This document shows positions 38,427 to 53,098 of a stretch of DNA of 64,000 bases, piece after piece; the first letter of the stretch is position 1, and each line of letters starts with the position of its first letter. Both the position numbers and the translations under genes were made by a program. The DNA is from Halodesulfurarchaeum sp. Lineage in GTDB: Archaea; Halobacteriota; Halobacteria; Halobacteriales; Halobacteriaceae. The stretch spans positions 736,001-800,000 of the forward strand of contig JAXHNL010000002.1 in the NCBI GenBank assembly GCA_034520565.1, read 5' to 3'. The notes beneath the pieces are model-generated. The model was not told the origin of the DNA and did not search any database. It saw only the letters and a program-made list of their open reading frames with translations.

Positions 38427-39979
38427 ATGACAGAGGACACAAAATCCGACGACCCGGCTGCGGGGGCCGACGAGGTCGCCCTCGACCCGTGGGGCTCCTC
38501 GACGATCGCCGATTATCGGTCGCTCTTCGAGGAGTTCGGGATCGAGGCCTTCGAGGAACTGCTGTCCGAGGTGCCGTCCCCTCACTATCTAATGCGACGG
38601 GCGATCATCTTCGGCCACCGGGATTACGACCGCGTCGTCGAGGCCATGCGCGAGGACCGACCGTTCGCCGCGCTCTCGGGGTTCATGCCGACCGGCGACC
38701 CGCACATCGGTCACAAGTTGGTCTTCGAGGAACTCATCTGGCACCAGCAGCAGGGCGGGGACACCTACGCCCTCATCGCCGACCTTGGAGGCCCACAGCG
38801 CCCGCGGGCTCACGTGGGACGAGATCGACGAGCACGCCGAGGACTACCTCCTCTCGCTTCTGGCCTTCGGCTTCGATCCGGAGGCGGGGACACTCTACCG
38901 CCAGTCCGAGCACCGCGAGGTCCAGGATTTGGCCTTCGAATTGGGCATCGAGGCGAACTTCTCGGAACTCGGTGCCATCTACGGTTTCGGCGGCGAGACC
39001 GACGTTTCCCACATGCAGAGTGTCGTCACGCAGGTCGCGGACATCCTCTATCCGCAAATCGAGGAGCCAAAGCCCACGGTCATTCCGGTGGGCCCCGACC
39101 AGGACCCCCACATCCGGCTCTCCCGTGACCTCGCCGCCCGGATGCGCTACTTCGGCGTGACGCGAGGCCTACGCCAGCTTCGAGGCCGACGCCGGCCGAG
39201 CGCGGCCCTACATGCGCGCGAGCGCTTACGACGCCCTCGCGGAGCCGACGCCGAGGACGAGCCGGTCCGCTGTGCAGCGACGCCGCCGACTGGCTCGAGT
39301 GCCGACGAGTGCGAAGCCGCCGACGATCTCGCCGACCGGCGCCATCGCACGAAACTGCGCGAGCGCCGGCAAGGAACCGCTCCGGCCCCGTGTTCGCTTC
39401 CTCGACCGGAACGCGACCGAGGCGGCCTTCGAGGGACTCATCGAGGCCATCGAGGGCGAAAAGCGGGTTTACGACGAACACGTCGACGCCTTCGACATGG
39501 ACCGGGCGGAAGCCGAGGCCCTTGCCCGCGAGGTCGAGGTCGATCAAGGCGGGTACGGCTTCGTCCAGCCCTCCTCGATCTACCACCGCTTCATGACGGG
39601 GCTTACCGGCGGGAAGATGTCCTCCTCGATTCCGGCGAGTCACATCAGCCTTCTCGACGACCCCGAGGAAGGGGCCGAGAAGGTCCGGTCGGCGACCACG
39701 GGCGGGCGCGAAACCGCCGAAGAACAGCGCGAACTCGGGGGCGAACCCGACAAGTGCCCGGTCTACGAACTCTACGCCTACCTGCTGGCCAGCGACGACG
39801 ACGAGTACGCCGAACGGGTATACTCCGAGTGTGAGACCGGCGAACGGCTCTGTGGCGGGTGCAAGGCCGAGGCCGCCGAGGAGATGGAAACGTTCCTCGC
39901 CGAGCACCAGGAGCGTCGCGAGGAACTTCGCCCGGTCCTCGAGGACCTCGACGTCGCGATCAGCCCGGATCGGATCTGA
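38427..39979 (+). CDS. trpS: Tryptophan--tRNA ligase, with frameshifts near 38786 and 39167-39360
   Basis: [38 protein letters not shown] spread over three ORFs. Confidence 0.92.
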
Positions 39980-40171
39980 ACCGGGGAGCCGCGAGCAGCT
40001 GGGAAAGCGCGTTCGCAACGCTTTTCACCGTGCTCGTGGCAGTCGTACCCATGCTTGCCGAATCCGCAAGCGGGACGCACCGTGCCGTCGATCAGCCCCG
40101 CAATCAGGGATTCGGCTTCTTTTTCGGGGCCTGATCTCGCATCGACCTCGAATTGAGGACTCCAGCAGACG

Positions 40172-41677
40172 ATGAAACTCCCACCAACGCAAGTCGCGGT
40201 GCTCGAAGCGGCGAGCGCCGACGACCCGACCGACATCGACGCGATCGCCGCACAGCTCGACGAAAAACCCGAGACCGTCACCGGCGCGGCCTTCGCCCTC
40301 GAGGAGGAGGGCTTACTTTCGGTCTCCGAGACCGAGGAACTCGAGAACTCGCTGACCGACGAGGGCCGCCGGTACCTCGAAGCGGGCCTCCCCGAAGTCC
40401 GGTTGTATCGGGCCGCGATCGAGGCCGGCGCCGAAGCCGACCCCGTCTCGATGGGCGAGGTGATCGGCGCGGCCGACCTCGACGGCCAGGCCGTTGACAT
40501 CGCGCTTTCGAACTTCGCCCGGAAGGGCTACGGCGAGATCGACTCGGGCGATCTGACCGCAGCCGCGGGGGCCGACCCCGAAGGGGACGCCGAAGCCCTG
40601 GCCCTCGAAGCCATTGCCGCGGGAGAGCCCATCGACGAGGACGTCCGTGGGTCCCTGGAGTCCCGGAACCTGATCGAGACCACCGAGCGAACCCGGCGGG
40701 CGGTGACACTCACCGAAACCGGCGTGACCGAACTCATGGCCGGGGTCGAGGTCGCAGAGCGGGTCGATCGACTGACGCCCGACCACCTCAGTTCGGGCGA
40801 ATGGGCGGACCGCTCCTTTGCCGAGTACAACGTCGAGGCCGAGGCGGAAGCGCCGACGCCCGGCAAGCGCCACGTTCTCCGCCAGACCGCCAAGCGGGTC
40901 AAGGAGGTCCTCGTCGGCATGGGCTTCGAGGAGATGCAGGGCCCGCACGTCGACGCGGACTTCTGGATCAACGACTGCCTGTTCATGCCCCAGGACCACC
41001 CCGCGCGCACCCACTGGGACCGGTTCGCGCTCGCCTCGCCGAGCCACATCGACGAACTTCCCGAGGACCTGCTCGAACGGGTCGAGCGGGCTCATCGGGA
41101 CGGGGTTGGAAACGACGGGGATGGCTATCACTCCCCGTGGACTCGCGAGTTCGCCTCGGAACTCGCACTCAGGGGGCACACGACCTCGCTTTCGGCCCGC
41201 TACCTCTCCGGGGAGCAGGTGGGCGACCTCGACCCGCCCCAGCGGTACTTCAGCGTCGAGAAGGCCTACCGGAACGACACCCTCGACGCGACCCACCTCC
41301 TCGAGTTCTTCCAGATCGAGGGTTGGGTGATGGCCGAGGACCTCACGGTTCGTGACCTCATGGGAACGTTCACGGAGTTCTACAGCCACTTCGGTATCAC
41401 CGACCTCCGTTTCAAACCGACCTACAACCCCTACACCGAGCCGAGCTTCGAACTCTTCGGACGGCATCCGGAGACCGACGAACTCATCGAGATCGGCAAC
41501 AGCGGGATCTTCCGGCCGGAAATGCTCGAGCCACTCGGCGTCGAGGCCGACGTGATGGCCTGGGGGCTGGCGCTCGAGCGGCTCCTGATGCTCGTGTCCG
41601 GCTTCGAGGACATCCGGGACGTCCACGGGACGCTGGTCGATCTCGACTTCCTGCGATCAGTGGAGGTGACGTACTGA
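40172..41677 (+). CDS. pheS: Phenylalanine--tRNA ligase alpha subunit
   Basis: LFMPQDHPAR, LRGHTT, YRNDTLDATHL.EF.Q, PYTEPS, GNSGIFRPEM, AWGLALER. Confidence 0.97.
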   Translation: MKLPPTQVAVLEAASADDPTDIDAIAAQLDEKPETVTGAAFALEEEGLLSVSETEELENSLTDEGRRYLEAGLPEVRLYRAAIEAGAEADPVSMGEVIGAADLDGQAVDIALSNFARKGYGEIDSGDLTAAAGADPEGDAEALALEAIAAGEPIDEDVRGSLESRNLIETTERTRRAVTLTETGVTELMAGVEVAERVDRLTPDHLSSGEWADRSFAEYNVEAEAEAPTPGKRHVLRQTAKRVKEVLVGMGFEEMQGPHVDADFWINDCLFMPQDHPARTHWDRFALASPSHIDELPEDLLERVERAHRDGVGNDGDGYHSPWTREFASELALRGHTTSLSARYLSGEQVGDLDPPQRYFSVEKAYRNDTLDATHLLEFFQIEGWVMAEDLTVRDLMGTFTEFYSHFGITDLRFKPTYNPYTEPSFELFGRHPETDELIEIGNSGIFRPEMLEPLGVEADVMAWGLALERLLMLVSGFEDIRDVHGTLVDLDFLRSVEVTY

Positions 41678-43407
41678 TGCCCGTCGTCGACGTCGATCCC
41701 GACGAACTCCGCGAGTTGACCGGGCGGACGGAGAAGACTGACGACGAACTCAAGGACGACCTCTTCACCCTCGGTATCGAGTACGAGGGCGAGACCGAGG
41801 ACGGGAAGATGCGCCTCGAGTTCGAGGCCGACCGCCTCGATCGCCTTTCGATCACGGGCATCGCCCGCTCGCTTGGATATCACTACGGCGACCTCTCCGG
41901 GATCCACGTCCCGGACACGAACGACTGCCGACTGGACGATTGAAGTCGAGGAAAGCGTGCCCGAGGAGCGCCCGTACGTCACCGGCGCCGTCGTCCGGGG
42001 CCTCGACCTCGACGAGACTGCCCTGGAGTCGCTCATCCAGCTCCAGGAGAAGCTCCACGCGACGATGGGCCGGAAGCGCGCGAAGGGCGCCATCGGGGTC
42101 CACGACCTGACGATGCTGAAGGGCCAGTCGGCCACCGACTCCGACGAGAACTCGATCCGCTACGTGGGCGTCGAGCCCGAGGCGGATCGCTTTGTGCCCC
42201 TGGACAGCGACAGCGCGATGACCCCGGCCGCGGTGCTCACCGAGCATTCGACCGGACGTGAGTACGCGGACCTCGTCGATGGGTACGACCGTTACCCGGC
42301 TATTTACGACGACATCGGCCTGTTCAGTTTCCCGCCCGTGATCAACGGGGCCCGCACCGAGGTCTCGAGGGAGTCCCGGGACCTGTTCATCGAAATGACG
42401 GGAACCGACCAGTGGACCATCGACAAGATGCTCGCGATCGTCTGTCTACGCCCTCGACGCCCGTGGCGGGCAGGTCGAGGAGCACGTCGAGTACGTCGCC
42501 GTATCCGGACGGCGAGCACGCTGGCTTCCGCCCGGACCTCTCAGTTTCCTCGAAGACGCTCGCTCACGATCAGGTCGAGAACACGCTCGGGCTGGATCTC
42601 GAACCGGCGGCGGTCCGCGAGTTGCTCGACCGATCGGGACTGGAGCTCGACGAGGAGGCGACCGAGGCCACTCCCGACAGCTACGAAGTCCTGATCCCGC
42701 CCTATCGGGTTGACGTGCTCCACCCGGTCGACCTGGTCGACGACATCGGCCGGGCCTACGGCTTCAACGAGCTCGTCCCGCGGTACCCGGACGTGAGTAC
42801 GGTCGGCGCCCGGACCGAAGCATCCCGCCACGAGGAGGCCGTCCGCGACCTTCTGCTCGGGCTCGGGTTCGAGGACCTCCTCAACTTCAACCTCACGAGC
42901 CCCGCCGAACTGTTCGAGCGCATGGACCTCGAACCCGGGGACGACGCCTACGGGGCCGGGGAGCCACCGGCACTGGTCGAGTCTTACAGCGAGGACTACA
43001 CCGTGTTGCGGACCTGGGCGCTCCCCTCGCTCCTGCAGGTCCTCGAGAACAACACCCACCGCTCGTATCCACAGCACCTCTCGGAAATCGGGTTCGTGGC
43101 CGAAGTCGACGAGTCGACGGTGACGAACGTGGCCGAGCGCCGCTCGGTCGCCGCCGTTCTCGCGGGGCCCGACGCGTCCTACGAGGACGCAAAGGGCCGA
43201 TTGCAGGCACTCGCGCGCAACTTCGGCGTCGACCTCGAAACGCCTCCAACCGCCCACCCGAGCTTCATCGACGGACGCGTCGCCGACGTCGTTCTCGATG
43301 AAACCGTCGCTGGAGTCATCGGCGAACTCGACCCGGCCGTACTCGTGGCACACGACCTCGAGGTACCGGTCTCCGGGTTCGAACTCGACCTCGAAGCGCT
43401 CCGCTGA
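41677..43407 (+). CDS. pheT: Phenylalanine--tRNA ligase beta subunit, with frameshifts near 41926 and 42445-42505
   Basis: DRLDRLS, QEKLH.T.GRKR, SFPPVIN, PPYRVDVLHPVD..DD..RAYG, SFIDGR across three ORFs; TGATG coupling with pheS. Confidence 0.92.
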
Positions 43408-43441
43408 TCGGCGGTTCTACTGTCGGGAAGCGTACGTTGTT

Positions 43442-44487
43442 TCAGCTCGATATCCGCGCCGACGGCTTCTTCGACGGCGTCGAAGCCGTCTGCTTCGAGT
43501 AGGTCGAGCAGGCCCTCGTTGATGTCCCGCGCGACTGTCGGGCCCTGGTAGATGAAGCCCGTATAGAGCTGGACGAGATCGGCGCCGGCCCTGATCTTCT
43601 CGTAGGCGTCCTCGGCTGTGAAGACGCCGCCGACGCCGACGACCGGGAGGTCGGTCCGCTCCGCGACGAACCGGACCGTTTCTGTCGCCCGATCGGCGAT
43701 CGGTTTGCCGGAGAGGCCACCGGTTTGCTCGGCAGCGGGGCTCGCGAGATCGTCCGGCCGATCGATGGTCGTGTTCGTCGCCACGATACCAGCGAGGCCG
43801 AGGGACTCGGCGAGATCGACCACGTCCGCGATCGCATCCTCGTGGAGGTCCGGCGAGAGTTTCACCAGTAGCGGATCGGCCCCGGCGTCCACGAGCGTTC
43901 GGAGAATGCCGGTCGAGCGGCTCCCTGTCCTGTAACTCGCGGAGCCCGGGCGTGTTCGGGCTGGAGACGTTGACGACGAAGAAATCGCCGCGGGGGGCCA
44001 GCCGTTCGTAGGTGTACAGGTAGTCGGAAGCGGCGTCCTCGAGTGGCGTCGTCTTCGTCTTCCCGATGTTGGCCCCGATCGGGACGGTGGGCTCGACGGT
44101 CGAGAGTCGGTCCGCGATGACGTCCGCGCCCGCGTTGTTGAACCCCATGCGGTTGATGATCGCCTTGTCCTCGGGGAGCCGGAAGAGTCGGGGTCGGGGG
44201 TTGCCGGGCTGGCCCTCGGCAGTGACCGCCCCGATCTCGACGTGGCCGAAGCCGAGTGACCCGAGCATCACGGGGATTCGCGCGTTCTTGTCGAAGCCGG
44301 CTGCGACGCCGACTGGGTTTGGGAAGCGGACATGTCCGAACGACGGTCGTCTCGAGACGTCGCGGTCTGTCGACCGTGACGGTAGTTCTCCGAGCGTCGG
44401 ATCGGATCGGCCCGCTGGCGTGTCCCAGCCCGAGTGCGCGTGACGAGCGGTCTCGTGGGCGGTCTCGCGGCGGCAGGTGTAAAGCAC
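43442..44487 (-). CDS. pyrD: Quinone-dependent dihydroorotate dehydrogenase (class 2), with several indels; both ends approximate
   Basis: [65 protein letters not shown]. Confidence 0.88.
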
Positions 44488-44521
44488 GGCGGCCGCGCTG
44501 AGGGAGCGATCCGTGCGCCGG

Positions 44522-44719
44522 TTAGAAGTCGTGTTCCACGTCTTCGGGGTCAGCCTTCTGGATAATGATCTTGTCCTCACGCACCCGCACGAACACTTCG
44601 TCGCCGATCTCGAGGCCGGCGACGGCGAGTTCGTCCTCGTGAAGGTTGACGTGTGCGTTGTGGTAGTCCTCGTCCTCGCCTTTCGCACCACTCGGACTGA
44701 GCTTCTTCTTTCGAACCAT
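44522..44719 (-). CDS. Small conserved acidic protein, AbrB-like swapped-hairpin candidate
   Basis: [11 protein letters not shown]...[32 protein letters not shown]. Confidence 0.75.
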   Translation of the reverse strand: MVRKKKLSPSGAKGEDEDYHNAHVNLHEDELAVAGLEIGDEVFVRVREDKIIIQKADPEDVEHDF

Positions 44720-44928
44720 CGAGGTATCGTCTAGGTGCGCCTTGGCCACAGCGGATACTTAAGTTCTTCCGACGTCCGACGCATCGTGCACCGCGGTCGG
44801 CCGGCACTTCGGCGCCTGAACTCGGGCGCGCCCAACCCGATCGACTGGTCGAGACGTATCGCAGACGCGCCGAAATCGCCGGTATATTTATACCACATTC
44901 TTGTGTTGGGTTCGCATGGGACATAACC

Positions 44929-45243
44929 ATGGTACGAGAGGACGGCAAGCGGAACTTCGCGCTTCGTGAGGAGGACGGCTCGGAACCGAGCGTATTCAGC
45001 GGGAATACGCCACGACAGGCCGCCAAAAAAGCAGCCAGACGGCTTTCAGAGGTGGGGGATTCGGAGGATTCGGCCCCACGGACAGAAATCCAGCTGCGAG
45101 AAAAAGGGACCGACAAAGTCCACATCTACGAGGCCTGGGCCTGGAACGAGTCCTCGCCGGCGGACTCGCCGGACTGGATGCCCGCAGAGATCACGAAAGC
45201 GAACGTCTCGAAACAGGGGATCGAGCACCTCGAAGAGGTCTGA
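44929..45243 (+). CDS. Non-histone chromosomal protein MC1
   Basis: KRNFALR, VFSG.TPRQAA.KAA, LREKGTDKVH, PDWMP. Confidence 0.93.
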   Translation: MVREDGKRNFALREEDGSEPSVFSGNTPRQAAKKAARRLSEVGDSEDSAPRTEIQLREKGTDKVHIYEAWAWNESSPADSPDWMPAEITKANVSKQGIEHLEEV

Positions 45244-45601
45244 AACTCGAAACGCATACCCGCCCGCCGTCCGTCAGGGACACCTGCGCGGTCTCTCCCG
45301 GCCCGACCGGACGTACGAACGTGGGATGACCGGCCGCCCTCCGACCGCGCAACAGTCCAGCGACCGGTAGCGACTGGTTGATTGTACATATTGTGTGGCA
45401 GACATCCCGTCCAGCAAGCGCCACGGGAGTCCGGGGTCAACTGTCGAACCACGGGTACCGCCAGCTGTCCGAATACGCGACGAGTGCCGACGGCCCCGCC
45501 CACAGCACCCTCGCTAGGCGCTCACGACCCCGCTCGGTTGGACAGCCAAATGGATGTCGATCTCGCCGCCCTCGCCATGAAACACCGTCACGAACTGCCC
45601 T

Positions 45602-45907
45602 CGGTTCGACGGCCTTATGTTGGACCCGGGCTTCGGATGTGATGTGACGATGAGGTGGCCCAGGTGACTGGCGCCACTGATGTACGATGCCGACATCGAG
45701 GCGGTCGACGGTTCGACGGCCTTATGTACTCCCTGGCGATTCGGGTTTAATGCGTTCGGCGGCCGGCAGCAGTGCCGGGCCGCCCCCCGATCGCCGGTTG
45801 ATCTCCTGCTTTCATGCAGGGGTCACTTTCGGCATCGGTGTCCCGATGGATCGATCATCGGTGCCGGGCCCCTTCGATGGGTTTAACACCCGTCGTCGAC
45901 TATATAC
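45602..45907 (+). promoter_or_regulatory. Tandem rRNA operon promoters
   Basis: 19-bp repeat CGGTTCGACGGCCTTATGT at 45602 and 45709; further units TTCGGGTTTAAT, TTCGATGGGTTTAA and GACTATATA upstream of the conserved rrn leader. Confidence 0.7.
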
Positions 45908-45964
45908 GGGTCCGGAGGAAATGAGGATTCCACCCCTGCGGTCCGCCGTACAGATGGGATCTGA

Positions 45965-45987
45965 TGTTAGCCCTGGTAGTTCGGTGA
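45965..45987 (+). other. 5' arm of the 16S processing stem (bulge-helix-bulge type)
   Basis: TGTTAGCC (45965-45972) is complementary to GGCTAACA (47647-47654) downstream of the 16S gene. Confidence 0.6.
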
Positions 45988-46081
45988 CACCCGGTCGGTC
46001 GGCGTGTCGTCGTGGCCTACCGATAGCGACACGCCATACCAGGGTGATCCCGCCTAACCCGCCTGGGCTTCGCCGAGGCAC

Positions 46082-47555
<1,474 letters not shown>

Positions 47556-47677
47556 ACCGATCGGGACCGGGACTTCGCCGAGCCCACCTATCGGACGTTC
47601 AGACGTCCGGCCCGTCGTGCCCGACCGGACACCAACAAACCATCAAGGCTAACACACCGTCCTCCCGCGAGGGAGGC

Positions 47678-47749
47678 GGGCCCATAGCTCAGCGGGAGAG
47701 CGCCGCCTTTGCAAGGCGGAGGCCCTGGGTTCGAATCCCAGTGGGTCCA
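47678..47749 (+). tRNA. tRNA-Ala(UGC) in the 16S-23S spacer
   Basis: GGGCCCATAGCTCAG...CCGCCTTTGCAAGGCGG...GGTTCGAATCCC...TGGGTCCA cloverleaf. Confidence 0.97.
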
Positions 47750-48002
47750 TGCCGGGTTCGGTCGAATCGTGCCCCTTAAGTGGGTCCGCGCGATTCGATC
47801 CGGTACGACGACCGATGCACCACCCGCGCAAGCGCGGGTGGGAAGGGTCGATGCACGCACCGGCTATGCACCACGGGGACGTGCGATGACGACCGTGTGT
47901 ACGTGCGATCCAGGCGTCCACTGGACTCGTTCATCATCCTGGCAGGTCACCGTGATACATCAGCGAAGTCACAGTGACTGCATCAGCGAGTTCACGCCAA
48001 TC

Positions 48003-50920
<2,918 letters not shown>

Positions 50921-50991
50921 TTCATTCCGCATCGACTCGTTTTCGGACGAGTCCGGGCGTAAACTGGATTGCACGTATACACGGTCGAGGA

Positions 50992-51050
50992 CCACCGATA
51001 CTGGTGTACCGAACGTTCGTTCGGTCGCGGTTCGATTCCGCGGGTCGGCG
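50992..51050 (+). other. tRNA-like (T-arm) structure directly upstream of the 5S rRNA
   Basis: GCGG-TTCGATT-CCGC T-arm abutting the 5S start; matches the mini-tRNA that tRNase Z cleaves to mature haloarchaeal 5S rRNA. Confidence 0.65.
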
Positions 51051-51281
51051 TTAAGGCGGCCATAGCGGCGGGGAAACACCCGTACCCATCCCGAACACGG
51101 AAGTTAAGCCCGCCTGCGTTCCGGCGAGTACTGGAGTGCGCGAGCCTCTGGGAAAACTGCCTCGCATTAGCGGGGGGCCAAGTGCAGGCCGAGGGGTGCA
51201 ATCGTCAGTACACGCAGGGTCCGTCCCGGTGGAAAGCGAGACCATCCTGTCGACGCCTGTAACTGGTGGTTCGCCGCCACC
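51051..51281 (+). rRNA. rrf: 5S rRNA, 231 nt, with a ~109-nt internal expansion segment
   Basis: Canonical 5S from TTAAGGCGGCCATAGCGG to CCTCTGGGAAAAC (51157), then extra sequence, then canonical TGGTTCGCCGCCACC (51267-51281). Confidence 0.93.
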
Positions 51282-51575
51282 ATTCATTCCTTCATTCATC
51301 ACGTTCGCGAGCGACAGCCACGTCGCTCGGGCGTTTCATACCGACGAGCGACAGCAACGTCACTCGGTGGGGTTCACAGGTACGAGGGACAGCCACGCGT
51401 GGTTCCGGGTGATCAGTTCCTTCGTCCCTGTATTTAACCCGAGACACACGAACGCATGACTCACGAGGACGGTCGGTGGAGATTGGTCGCACGCTCGCGA
51501 TTTGAAGTCAGCACACGGTATGGTCAAACCATGAAGGGTCACATCTATATACCGGGCAGTCTTGTCTGTTACTGT

Positions 51576-52568
51576 ATGACACGCAATACAAGCAGACGGC
51601 GGTTCATCCAGGCCGCCGGTGGCGCGTCCATCGTGGCGCTCGCCGGCTGTGCCGGAAACGGCGACGAGAATGGCGACGCGACCACAGCGGAACCCGAAGA
51701 GACGACCGAAGAGCAGGTCACCGCACTCTCGTGGCACGCGGGCGGCACGGGTGGAACCTACTACCCGCTCTCGAACGAATTCAAGACGGTCGTCGAGGGC
51801 AACTCCGAGTTCACCCTCAACGTTCAGTCCACCGGTGCGAGCGTCGAGAACGTCGGCAGCCTCTCCAACGGCGAGGCCGACTTCGCGTTGATCCAGAACG
51901 ACGTTGCATACTTCGCGAAGAACGGAACCGGGATCGATGCCTTCGACGGGAACGCCATCGAGAACCTCCGCGGGGTCGCGACGCTGTACCCCGAGACCAT
52001 CACGCTGGTCACCCTCGCTGACAGCGGGTTTACGGAACTCGCGGACCTCGAAGGGGCGACGATCAACACCGGTGACCTCGGTTCGGGAACACAGGTCAAC
52101 GCAGTTCAGATCCTGGAGGCGGCCGGCATCGAGAACTTCGACGAGCAGAATGCCTCCTTCTCACAGGCAGCCGACCAGTTGCGTGACGGTGACGTGGATG
52201 CCTCTTTCGTCGTCGGCGGCTACCCCGTCGGCGCGATCGAGGACCTCGCGAATACGAACGACATTCACATCATCCCGATCACCGGCGACAACCGCGCGGC
52301 GGCGAAGGACGCCGCCTCGTGGTTCGCCGACGATACCATCCCCGCCGGAACCTACACGGGCGTCGACGAGGACGTCGAAACCATCTCCGTGCAGGCGATG
52401 ATCGCGACGCGGGCGGAACTCCCCGCTGACACCGTCGAAAGCGTCACGGCAGCCATCTTCGACAACCTGGACGAGCTGACGACGAAGACCGACTTCATCA
52501 GCGTGGAGAGCGCCCAGGACGGCATGCCCATCGAGCTGCACGAGGGCGCTTCGGCCTACTTCGGCTAA
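51576..52568 (+). CDS. TAXI-family TRAP transporter solute receptor (Tat lipoprotein)
   Basis: SRRRFI twin-arginine signal, LAGC lipobox, GGTYYP, STGASVEN, ALIQND, LYPE, LHEGA. Confidence 0.93.
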   Translation: MTRNTSRRRFIQAAGGASIVALAGCAGNGDENGDATTAEPEETTEEQVTALSWHAGGTGGTYYPLSNEFKTVVEGNSEFTLNVQSTGASVENVGSLSNGEADFALIQNDVAYFAKNGTGIDAFDGNAIENLRGVATLYPETITLVTLADSGFTELADLEGATINTGDLGSGTQVNAVQILEAAGIENFDEQNASFSQAADQLRDGDVDASFVVGGYPVGAIEDLANTNDIHIIPITGDNRAAAKDAASWFADDTIPAGTYTGVDEDVETISVQAMIATRAELPADTVESVTAAIFDNLDELTTKTDFISVESAQDGMPIELHEGASAYFG

Positions 52569-52598
52569 CCGAAGGCGTCGAAACGCCACCATATCCGC

Positions 52599-53096
52599 AT
52601 GCGGGTCTTTGACTGGCCGGTTCGTCGATGGCTCCTGATTGCAGTCGTATTGGTCGCAGCGATCGGACTCGTCGGGGCGACCGCAAGTGGTCACACGCTC
52701 GTCGTCGAGCGGACGGATACGGGTGAGAAAATCATCGAGACTCCCGTCTCGAACGGGTCGGTCGTCGCACTCGAGTACACCCACAGCGTCGAGAAGACCC
52801 GAGTGTACGACGAATACACCGTCGTCGACACGACCCTCGAGAACACCCGGATGGAGTTCGAATCCTACGGCTGGGGATTGCCGGCCGGTGCGAACGTGAC
52901 GTTGGAGAACGGGACGTTCGTCTTCGATCCGGACCGGGAGTACGAACAGCTCCGGGTGAAACCTGGAACCGTGGCCAATCACACGCTGATCGTCGACGGC
53001 GAACGATACGACCTGGTCGAACGGAGTGACGCGAATTCGGTGATTATTCGGGTCAGTAGCGACACCCCCCTTACAAGGCTCCTCGCGGGCCACTGA
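52599..53096 (+). CDS. DUF1850-like protein of TAXI-TRAP operons
   Basis: N-terminal TM, YTHSVEKT, FESYGWGLP. Confidence 0.85.
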   Translation: MRVFDWPVRRWLLIAVVLVAAIGLVGATASGHTLVVERTDTGEKIIETPVSNGSVVALEYTHSVEKTRVYDEYTVVDTTLENTRMEFESYGWGLPAGANVTLENGTFVFDPDREYEQLRVKPGTVANHTLIVDGERYDLVERSDANSVIIRVSSDTPLTRLLAGH

Positions 53097-53098
53097 AG

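Noticed and set aside
38427-43407. Programmed frameshifting or pseudogenisation of trpS and pheT
   Set aside because: Breaks are multiple and irregular, lack slippery-site/structure patterns, and occur throughout the window; sequencing error is the simpler explanation
51158-51266. 5S insert read as a mobile element or spliced intron
   Set aside because: No terminal inverted repeats or ORF, and no clear BHB at the junctions; size and position match a retained expansion segment
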